64,000 nt of DNA from Bryobacterales bacterium (GTDB taxonomy: Bacteria; Acidobacteriota; Terriglobia; Bryobacterales; UBA6623): contig OY729428.2 of NCBI GenBank assembly GCA_963422375.2, forward strand, positions 1,184,001 to 1,248,000. The letters are read 5' to 3'. Positions 48,887-57,219 of this stretch are shown here, piece by piece (within the stretch, counting starts at the first letter, position 1; every line of letters begins with the position of its first letter). Made by a program: the position numbers and the translations under genes. The notes beneath the pieces were generated by a model. It was not told the DNA's origin, did not search any database, and worked only from the letters and a program-made list of their open reading frames with translations.

Positions 48887-49420
48887 ATGGACCAGAGCCT
48901 GCAGCGCATCGACGTCAAGCTGCTGCTTGAGGCCGGGCAGGATCCCGACCTCGACCCGTTCCTAGTCATTTTCGACCGCTGGCGGCAGAAAGGCGACCAT
49001 CCTTCCGATTGGGTCGACCTTGCTGACTACGCCCACATGCCGGGCGGGCCGGGCATTCTCATCGCGGGCAAGCGCGACACGTTCTCGATCAATCTGAACC
49101 CTCCGGGGCCGGGGCTGCTGACCAGCATTCGCCGCGGCTTGAGCGGAACGCTGGAGGACCGCTTTCGCGAGGCCTTCCGACGGGCAGGCCAGCTCAACGC
49201 CGCGGTCCTGGCCGAACCGGAATTCCCCGGCCGGTTCCGCGTGCTGGAGGGGGCCTGGGAGGTCTTCCTGAACGATCGCCTGCAGTTCCCCAATAGCGAC
49301 GAGAGCGACCGGGCCGTTCGGCCCGCGCTGGCCGCCGCCGCGCCGGCCGCATCCGTTTCGCGGCACCGTGACCCTAGCGGCCGCCTAGGCTACTCGCTGC
49401 GACCAGCTCCGTCTCGCTGA
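48887..49420 (+). CDS. Hypothetical protein
   Basis: ORF 15 nt after the reductase stop, GC-typical codon use; VDLADYAHMPGGPGILI motif. Confidence 0.7.
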   Translation: MDQSLQRIDVKLLLEAGQDPDLDPFLVIFDRWRQKGDHPSDWVDLADYAHMPGGPGILIAGKRDTFSINLNPPGPGLLTSIRRGLSGTLEDRFREAFRRAGQLNAAVLAEPEFPGRFRVLEGAWEVFLNDRLQFPNSDESDRAVRPALAAAAPAASVSRHRDPSGRLGYSLRPAPSR

Positions 49421-49517
49421 GCCCGGCCGCGGTGGTACGCTCAAGGTTCGGGCCCGCCCGCGGGCGCGCGGGTCCGAATCCCTCACCAAGAGAACCGGAC
49501 GCCGAACCTGCACGTTC

Positions 49518-50420
49518 ATGCTGACGTTTCAAGAAATCGTCATGCGGCTAAAGGCGTACTGGGCGCGCCAGGGCTGCATCGTCCAAGAGCCCTTCGACTG
49601 CGAGGTGGGCGCGGGGACGATGTGCCCGGAGACTTTCCTGCGGGTCCTCGGCAAGGCCCCCTACCGGGTCGCGTACGTGCAGCCGAGCCGCCGTCCGGCT
49701 GACGGCCGCTACGGGGAGAACCCCAACCGGCTGTACAAGCACATGCAGCTGCAGGTGATCCTCAAGCCCGCGCCGGAGGATGTGGTCGAGCTCTACCTGA
49801 AGAGCCTCGAGGACATCGGCATCGACCTTTCGCGGCACGATTGCAAGCTGGAAGAGGACAACTGGGAGTCTCCCACGCTGGGCGCGTGGGGCGTCGGATG
49901 GCAGGTCATGCTCGACGGTCTCGAGATCACTCAGTTCACCTATTTCCAGCAGTGCGGCGGGCTGGATCTGGACGTGGTGCCCGCCGAGCTGACGTACGGT
50001 CTCGAGCGCCTGGCAGCCTTCATCCAGAACGTCGAGAGCATCTACGACATCCGCTGGAACGACCGCTGGACGTACGGCGACGTCAGGCTGGCCGACGAGG
50101 AACAGTACTCGACCTACAACTTCGAGGAGGCCGACGTGGACTTCGTGTGGAAGGAATTCCACCTGCACGAGGCAGAGTGCCGCCGCCTGCTCGACGCGTA
50201 CTCGGAGCACACCGACGCGACCGAGCGGCGCCGGTTCCCATTGCTCGCGGCCTTCGACCAGACCTTGAAGTGCTCCCACCTCTTCAACACCCTGCAGGCG
50301 CGCGGCGCGATCAGCGTGACGCAACGAGCCCAGGTCGTCCAGCGGGTGCGCAACCTCGCTGTCGGCGTGGCCAATGCGTGGACCGACCAGCAGCAGGGCG
50401 TCGCAAGGGAGGCCTCGTGA
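49518..50420 (+). CDS. glyQ: Glycine--tRNA ligase alpha subunit
   Basis: TFQEIV, EVGAGT, QPSRRPADGRYGENPNRL, EDNWESPTLGAWGVGW, EITQFTYFQQ, TYGLERLA. Confidence 0.98.
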   Translation: MLTFQEIVMRLKAYWARQGCIVQEPFDCEVGAGTMCPETFLRVLGKAPYRVAYVQPSRRPADGRYGENPNRLYKHMQLQVILKPAPEDVVELYLKSLEDIGIDLSRHDCKLEEDNWESPTLGAWGVGWQVMLDGLEITQFTYFQQCGGLDLDVVPAELTYGLERLAAFIQNVESIYDIRWNDRWTYGDVRLADEEQYSTYNFEEADVDFVWKEFHLHEAECRRLLDAYSEHTDATERRRFPLLAAFDQTLKCSHLFNTLQARGAISVTQRAQVVQRVRNLAVGVANAWTDQQQGVAREAS

Positions 50421-52492
50421 GCGAGCTCCTGCTTGAAATCGGAACCGAGGAAATCCCGGCGCGGATGGTGGGCCGCGCCCGCACGGACCTGAAGCAGCGC
50501 TTCCAAGAGGCGCTGGGCACCCTCGGCCTCGGGACCCAAGCGAGCGTGTCGGTCGAGGCGACGCCGCGGCGGCTAGCCCTATTCGCCGGGAACCTGCTCG
50601 CCAGGCAGGCGGACAGAATCGAGACTCTGAGGGGGCCGTCGAAGAAGGTGGCCTTCGACCCGGACGGCAATCCCACTCGAGCCGCGCTGGGGTTCGCCCG
50701 CAAGGCCCGGATCCCCGTGAGCGCTCTGACAGCTGGGCCCGACGGCAAGCTCACGGTGCGCCGACGCATCCCCGGACGCGACGCGGGCAGCCTGCTGGCG
50801 GAGAGTCTGCCCAAGCTGGTCCTCGGCCTGCGGTTTCCCCGCGCGATGTACTGGGCTGGCAAGGGCAGCCCGCGTTTCATCCGCCCCATCCGGTGGCTCG
50901 TGGCTCTGCTAGACGGAGCGGTCGTGCCACTCGAGATCGCCGGTATCGCGGCTGGCAACCGGACCTGGGGCCACCGCCGCCTAGGAGCGGGCCCGGTCGC
51001 GGTAGCGGACGCACGCCACTATGTCCGGGTTCTCCGCGACAACTCGGTGGTTCTTTCTTCCGACGAGCGCGGCGAGCGAATTGTTAGCCAAGCCGAGGCG
51101 CTCCTGCCGGACGGGCGCCGGATCCGGCGCAATCCCCGCCTGCTCGAGACCTTGGTCTACGAGACCGAATTCCCGACCGCCGTGCTAGGCAGCTTCGACG
51201 CTGCCTACCTCTCCCTGCCGGACGAGGTGCTCGAGACGGTCATGCTCGTGCATCAGAAGTACTTCGCGATCGAGAACGGCAGCGGGGAGCTAGTGAATTC
51301 GTTCGTCGCCGTGGCCAACACCGGCGCGGACCACCTAGGCGTGATCCGGGCGGGCCACCAGCGAGTTCTGCGCGCGCGGTTCAACGACGCCGATTTCTTC
51401 TGGAATTTCGACCAGCGCAGCTCGCTGTCCGAGCGCGTCGACGATCTGAAAGACGTCACGTTCCAAGCCTCCCTGGGCAGCTACTGGGACAAGACCCAGC
51501 GCAATCTGGCGGCCGGCTCGGCCATATCCGGCGCTCTGGGCCTAGACGAGCGGACTGCCTCCGACTTGAATCGCGCGCTCCTTCTAGCCAAGTGCGACCT
51601 AACGACGGAGATTGTCGGCGAGTTCCCTGAATTGCAGGGCAAGATCGGCGGCCTTTACGCGACCGCCCAAGGCGAGCCCAAGGCTGTTGCAGAAGCAATC
51701 TATGACCACTACCTGCCGGCGGGCGCGTCGGGCCCGATCCCCCGTTCGGAGACCGGTCGAGCCGCATCGCTCGCTGACAGGCTGACGACTCTAGGCGGCA
51801 TGTTCGGCTTGGGCTTGATACCGACGGGCTCGAAGGACCCCCTGGCATTGCGCCGGACTGCTTACGGCGCGATTCGCATCGTGGTGGAAGGCGGCATGGA
51901 ACTGTCTCTGGACAGCTTGGTGCAGATGGCGGACGCCGGCAAGAACTCCTCGGCTCTTCGCGAGTTCTTGGTCGAGCGGTTGCGGCACTGGCTGAAGGAC
52001 TCGGGCGGAATCGCCCTGGACGTCGTGCAAGCCGTTCTCGCGGCATCCGACAACGTTCCGGTGGACGTCTCCGCACGCGCGGGCGCACTCGCCGAGGTGC
52101 GGCAGACGCCGGACTTTGAAGCTCTCGCGGTGACATTCAAGCGGGTCCGGAACATCGTCGGGCATGCGGGAGTCCGAGCGCCGACAGGCGTCCGGATCGA
52201 CGAGGCACTGCTGGAACCCGGGCCGGAGACCGAACTGCACGAATCCCTGATCACGGTCGCCGGCAGGATTGCCGGGCGCAATGCCGAGCGGGACTACGCG
52301 GCATCCCTGCGCGAGATCGCCTCGCTCCGACCGGCCTTGGACCGCTACTTCGACTCCGTGCTCGTAATGGCAAAGGATCAAGCAGTGCGACGGAATCGCC
52401 TGGCATTCCTCGCCGGTATGCTGGAGAAGCTCTCGACGATCGCCGACTTCGCCATGATCGCTCCGGATCCGACGGGCGACAAGCCGGCCTGA
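50417..52492 (+). CDS. glyS: Glycine--tRNA ligase beta subunit
   Basis: LLLEIGTEEIPA, ATPRRL, FIRPIRW, HQKYF, KCDLTT..VGEFPELQG, PTGSKDP.ALRR, VRRNRL; GTGA overlap with glyQ. Confidence 0.97.
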   Translation: MSELLLEIGTEEIPARMVGRARTDLKQRFQEALGTLGLGTQASVSVEATPRRLALFAGNLLARQADRIETLRGPSKKVAFDPDGNPTRAALGFARKARIPVSALTAGPDGKLTVRRRIPGRDAGSLLAESLPKLVLGLRFPRAMYWAGKGSPRFIRPIRWLVALLDGAVVPLEIAGIAAGNRTWGHRRLGAGPVAVADARHYVRVLRDNSVVLSSDERGERIVSQAEALLPDGRRIRRNPRLLETLVYETEFPTAVLGSFDAAYLSLPDEVLETVMLVHQKYFAIENGSGELVNSFVAVANTGADHLGVIRAGHQRVLRARFNDADFFWNFDQRSSLSERVDDLKDVTFQASLGSYWDKTQRNLAAGSAISGALGLDERTASDLNRALLLAKCDLTTEIVGEFPELQGKIGGLYATAQGEPKAVAEAIYDHYLPAGASGPIPRSETGRAASLADRLTTLGGMFGLGLIPTGSKDPLALRRTAYGAIRIVVEGGMELSLDSLVQMADAGKNSSALREFLVERLRHWLKDSGGIALDVVQAVLAASDNVPVDVSARAGALAEVRQTPDFEALAVTFKRVRNIVGHAGVRAPTGVRIDEALLEPGPETELHESLITVAGRIAGRNAERDYAASLREIASLRPALDRYFDSVLVMAKDQAVRRNRLAFLAGMLEKLSTIADFAMIAPDPTGDKPA

Positions 52493-52503
52493 CCGCAGGG
52501 CGA

Positions 52504-53433
52504 TTACAGGCCAGACCGCTCCGGGATATACTGCCGCAGGAACCGAGCGCTCTGGCGGAGCGCAAGCTTCCGACCCTCCAGCGAGTTCTCGTAGGCTCGG
52601 TCCTCCACTTCGACACAGACCGGCCCGTCGTAGCCCGTGGATGTGAGGACGGAGAAGAACCGACCCCAGTCCACGTCCCCCAAACCGGGCAACTTCGGAT
52701 CGTGGTACTGCAACGGATAGGCCAGAATCCCCACGTCGTCGAGGGCATTCCGGTCGACCCGCACGTCCTTGGCATGGACGTGAAAGATGCGGTCGCGGAA
52801 GTCCACGAGCGGCGCAATGGCGTCCATCTGCATCCAAGTCGGATGCGACGGGTCGTAATTCAGGCCGAACGACGCGCTGGGGATCTCCTCGAACATCCGT
52901 CTCCATATCCTCGGCGAGCAGGCGAGGTTCTTGCCGCCCGGCCACTCGTCGCGAGTGAAGATCATCGGGCAGTTCTCGATCCCGATGCGGACGCCGCGGT
53001 CTTCGGCGATTTGCACAATTGGACGCCAGACATCGAGGAAGCGAGGCCAGTTCTCCTCGACCGAGAGGGTCCAGTCCCTGCCGACGAAGGTATTAACTGT
53101 TGACACGCCGAGCTGCCGCGCGGCCTCAATCACCGAGCGGATGTGCGCTTGGGCCACCCGGGCTTCGTCCGCGTTCGCGGACAGCGCGTTGGGGTAGTAC
53201 CCCAGCCCGCTGATCTTCACTTCGTGAGCCGCGAGCAGCCCATGCACCTCGTCGGCAGCAGCGGCGTCGAGCGCCTCGACGTCCAAGTGAGTCACGCCCG
53301 CGTAGCGACGGTCCGCCTTGCCCGGCGGCCAGCACATCACCTCGATGCAGTCGTAGCCTTCGCGCGACGCAACGGCGCAGACTTCGTCAAAGGGCAGATC
53401 CGGGAGGATGGCGCTGACGAATCCCAGTTCCAT
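52504..53433 (-). CDS. Sugar phosphate isomerase/epimerase (xylose isomerase-like TIM barrel)
   Basis: [41 protein letters not shown]. Confidence 0.9.
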   Translation of the reverse strand: MELGFVSAILPDLPFDEVCAVASREGYDCIEVMCWPPGKADRRYAGVTHLDVEALDAAAADEVHGLLAAHEVKISGLGYYPNALSANADEARVAQAHIRSVIEAARQLGVSTVNTFVGRDWTLSVEENWPRFLDVWRPIVQIAEDRGVRIGIENCPMIFTRDEWPGGKNLACSPRIWRRMFEEIPSASFGLNYDPSHPTWMQMDAIAPLVDFRDRIFHVHAKDVRVDRNALDDVGILAYPLQYHDPKLPGLGDVDWGRFFSVLTSTGYDGPVCVEVEDRAYENSLEGRKLALRQSARFLRQYIPERSGL

Positions 53434-54373
53434 GCTAGTTCCAGCGTACTCCAATGCGCTTTCGCGCCGGGTACCATCCGAGGCCTTCCCGGTCGAGACC
53501 CTGTCGCAGGACGCTGCCGCGGTCCAAGCCTTCGAAGACGGCCTCCAACTCAGAGCCCGCCACGCCTTGGCCCATCACCCCGATTGGAGGCCAGACGCTC
53601 AACCTCAGTGCCCAGCGCGACGTGGCGATTCGCGGCTCATCGCTTCAGGCAGGATCTCCGGGATCCAGACGCCAAACACATGGAATCGGTGGTCGTGCGT
53701 CGCAGCTACGAGGGACCAGCGCTCGCGATTGCGGGCGGGCCCTGGGCATGCCGTGCCAATCCGACAGCTATCGCCCGTGTTCACATCGAGCGCCGCTGCC
53801 GACCGGGGTCGCAGGGCGCGGCAGCGTCGCAGGCGCCTACTTCGCCCGGGCCGAAGTGGGGCGGCACACTGAGGTCCGCAGCACGCCCGGTCTACGCTGG
53901 GTGAGGGCCCTCGACGATTCCAGGTGCGAGGGCCTCTCTGACACTTGCAGACCCTCCATTCGTCGCTTCGCCGCCCGGATCCAGCGGGGGCGGCCCACCG
54001 AGATCGCGAATCGGCCGCAACGACCGACTCCGGAGCCTCCGCGGCTACGGGACAGACGGAGATACGAAATGTGGCACCCGTCGGGCGTCGGATGAGGCCC
54101 TCGTCTCAGCCACACGAGCAGCGCCCGTTGAGCCCTCAGTCGTTCGACACCCGCTGGAATTGCTTGCTATACTGGTGGCGAAAGGGCATGAGAAGAAGTC
54201 ACGCAACCCAACCAGAAGAATGAGGGCCTCCGGCACGTTGAAGTCGAATCTCTTCCGCGTGGAACAAGTTCAGCCTTGCCTCTCACTCGGGCTGAATTCT
54301 GCGCTTTAGCGAGTCCGATCATTCCAGAGCTGCCGAGATCTCGATCAGCAGAGTTGCCAGAGTCACAAGCGGT

Positions 54374-54652
54374 TTGTTCGCAGACTCGGTGGATCTAGAA
54401 ATGTCTTCTTCAGAGTTCATTGACGAAAATATGGCTTCTCCCCTTGGAGAAATGATAACACGAATTCAAGACAATCTTAATTACGAGTTCAGTGCTACAG
54501 ATGAGAATTCCGTCAAGATGGAAGAAGATTTTCTGGGTACCGCTGTGACCGTAGAACTTAATACGGCAGATGAACGCAGATATGTGTTACAGCATGAACT
54601 GAACCAGCACAATGACCGACGTTATAACGCCGAGGAGAGACAGGATAGCTAA
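54374..54652 (+). pseudogene. Remnant of a HATPase-like ATP-binding protein (N- and C-terminal pieces fused by an internal deletion)
   Basis: AT-rich. LEMSSSEFIDENMASPLG...DNLN resembles the N-terminus, and FLGTAVTVELNTADERRY the C-terminus, of proteins I recall preceding DUF4325 genes. Confidence 0.5.
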
Positions 54653-54986
54653 GGAGATAATCACCATTCATGTATTTGAGTTCCTAGGGGGTCCACTGTA
54701 CGTACCCGTGATCTACGGGGATCGTCTCCATGATAAGATCGCCTATATTCTCAAGGGAGACAAGCGATTTGCGCTGTCATTTGAACATATTGAAGTCATC
54801 ATTTCTGCATCCTTGAGCGTGCCAATTGGACCGCTCTATGGAGAGTTTAAGAAAGAAGTTGTTGATGATCACCTATTGTGCTTGGGCTTGTCGAGCGAAG
54901 ATATTGGACTCGTTAATCGTGTCCGGAAGAACGCGGTCTTATATTTTGAAAATGTAGACAAATGTGAACGAGAATGGGTGGCATAA
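54612..54986 (+). CDS. STAS-like (DUF4325) protein, probably degenerate
   Basis: IHVFEFLG...GDRLHDKI...LSFEHIEVIISASLSVPIGPLYGEF...LVNRVRKNAVLYF matches the DUF4325 pattern (usually SAFLNxAIGQLY). Confidence 0.65.
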   Translation: MTDVITPRRDRIAKEIITIHVFEFLGGPLYVPVIYGDRLHDKIAYILKGDKRFALSFEHIEVIISASLSVPIGPLYGEFKKEVVDDHLLCLGLSSEDIGLVNRVRKNAVLYFENVDKCEREWVA

Positions 54987-55002
54987 TCCGGAGAAGAAGA
55001 CG

Positions 55003-55320
55003 ATGAATAACAGCATTCACTATCTACACGTTTAACGCTTGATTTCCCATGAAAAGATCTCAGTTTATACGAATATTTGGTTCTTTCTATTTCCGCCATT
55101 GATTCGACGGAAACATAAATGGACGAAGGAATATGCCAGACAGCTCAAGGAGGTGCTTTCCAACCATGTTGAATTGATCACCAACATAGTTATCCTCAGC
55201 GAGTACTCGAATCGATATCCCCGACTGCGTTGGCAGGTGCGTGTCCACAAGAAATTTCCGGTCTTCAAAGATATTCGTCGAACTGAGCATCTTGCAAACG
55301 TTGGCATGTCGGCAAGGTAG
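55003..55320 (+). pseudogene. PIN-domain protein, disrupted
   Basis: MNNSIHYLHV*RLISHEKISVYTNIWFFLF...VILSEYSNRY: in-frame TAA, DTNIW changed to YTNIW, C-terminal half missing. Confidence 0.6.
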
Positions 55321-56747
55321 GTTCACAAACAGAATCCGTTCCTCGGCGGGCGAAGGCCGGTCCCGCTTCGTCGCCACCACAGTCACGTCTCGGTAGTGCA
55401 GGCTCATCGGCTGCCGCACGCGCCCACCCTCCGCCCTGCGCATACGCCAACGGCAGCACCACGCCCCCGCCCGGCTTGACCTTCGCTTGCGCGACATCGA
55501 TGAAGTTGGACGCCAGACTGGCGTTGCCGTGGCCCGCCGGCTCTCTGATCGCTTCCCTGACGGCCCTCTGAATGCCCGCCATCGCCCGCTGCTCGGCCTC
55601 GGACTCCTCGAATCCCGCGAACGATGGCACGGGCGCCTCCGCGGATTCGTGGTTCGTCGGCCGCGTGAAAGGCGGGCTCATGATGACCACCTCCACCGAC
55701 TCGTGCGGCAGGTCCAGGTCCGGCATCTCCACCGCCGTGCCGCGGCGACCTCCGCCCCCGTGCCGAACAGCGCAGACGACGAGGGCAGGCTGTAGAACGT
55801 CGCAAGGAACTGGCGGTCGCCAATGATTCGCTGGAACATGCGCCCGGAGAGGTCGTTCATGCTCGTCGCGCCCACCGCTACGAGCTCGCCGGCCACCTCG
55901 GTGAGCCGCCCGAGGATCCGGTCCGACATCGGCACGTCCACATGCGCGAGCAGGTCCGAAGCGATGCGAAAGATCGGCCAGTAATTGATGCCCCGCGGGA
56001 TTCGGTCCCAAACTTCTCCGATCCCGCCCTTGAACGTCCGGCCAGGCACGGCTCGGCACTCCTCGGGGGACGGCGGGCCGTACACCGTGGCGATCAAGGA
56101 ATGGAACACCAGCGCGTTGGCAACGATCGCTATCGCCATCCTCGAAGTCTGGATCCCGTCTTCCTGCCGCTATATGCGCGCCATGCACCGCAGCGGCATC
56201 TGCGCCGCAGGCCGTATGTCGTCGCGCAGGACTGCGGCACATTCGCGCACGGTATCCTCCAGCACGGCCATGCCTCGCGCGACGATCCGCTCCGACAGGG
56301 GCAGCTGCTCGACTACGGCGGCCAGTTCGTAGACCGTGGCGGGCATCCAGCCTTCGGAGGGCCAGCGGACCGGGGCGGTCTGGCTGCCGGACACAGCGCA
56401 GATGCGATACTCGGCACTCTCAATCCGACTCCCCAAGTCAGATTGGGACTCCGGCAGTCACCCCGGAACGCGGACTGCCAGCGCCTGATCGACCACCGAG
56501 CCGCTCGCGCCGACACTCATGCCAGCCGACGGGCCGCATCCCGCTCGACGGTTCGGGCCGGCTTGAACTCGGTCTCGAGGACCACCGCCAGGCCGCGCGG
56601 GTGTCGCACGACGATATCCGGCTGAACTGCGGCCCGCTCGAATACGCCGCGCTGCTCCGCGCCAACGTGGTCCCGCCAGAGAGGGTGCTTGCGACGCAGC
56701 ACTCGCGGGAGTTCTACGTTGAAGGCTCGCTCGCCCGTCTTCGGCAT
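55321..56747 (-). pseudogene. Type IIG-like restriction-modification (fused nuclease-methyltransferase) gene remnant
   Basis: Segments in shifting frames: QPDIVV...VLETEF (PD-D/ExK-like), RWPSEGW, QEDGIQTSRMAIAIVANALVFH, INYWPIF, DLSGRMFQRIIGDRQFLATFY, VVIMSPPFTR (NPPF motif), GNASLASNF. Confidence 0.72.
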
Positions 56748-57219
56748 CCGCATCCCGCCCGAAGCTCGACCACGCGGGCTAGCGGCCGCAACCCTTCCGG
56801 AACGCTACTCGGGCCCCTTCCATGTTCACGCAATGTTGTCGCTCCAACTTGCCCGATTCGCGGCGTGCGAGTATCAAGTCGGTTCGATGCCCGCCGGATG
56901 GCAGGCTCGCGCACGCGCCGGGCGGCTCGCCCCGCCCCGCAAACCGTCCCAGCAGGACGGACAACACCCGGGCCGCTCGAGGAGCCCCGGCGGGCGACCC
57001 AGCCCGGACATCCGCCCCAAGGCAATTCCATCCCAGCGCGCGAAGGCGAGATAAGATGGGACTAGTCGCCTTCAATCCTCGCGGCCCAACGGCAGCTTGG
57101 GCCCGAGCCCCTAGAACCATCCCCTCAAGCCGGCCAAGGCCCCGCGTCCGAACGTAGCGGATCGGGACCGTCCCGCGAGAGACCGCGAAGGCCACTCAGC
57201 ACAGAGAGCAACCACCACT

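Noticed and set aside
49445..49490. tRNA-like GGTTCG...CGAATCC or a T-box before glyQ
   Set aside because: No cloverleaf, and no T-box consensus or leader length; it is a simple hairpin.
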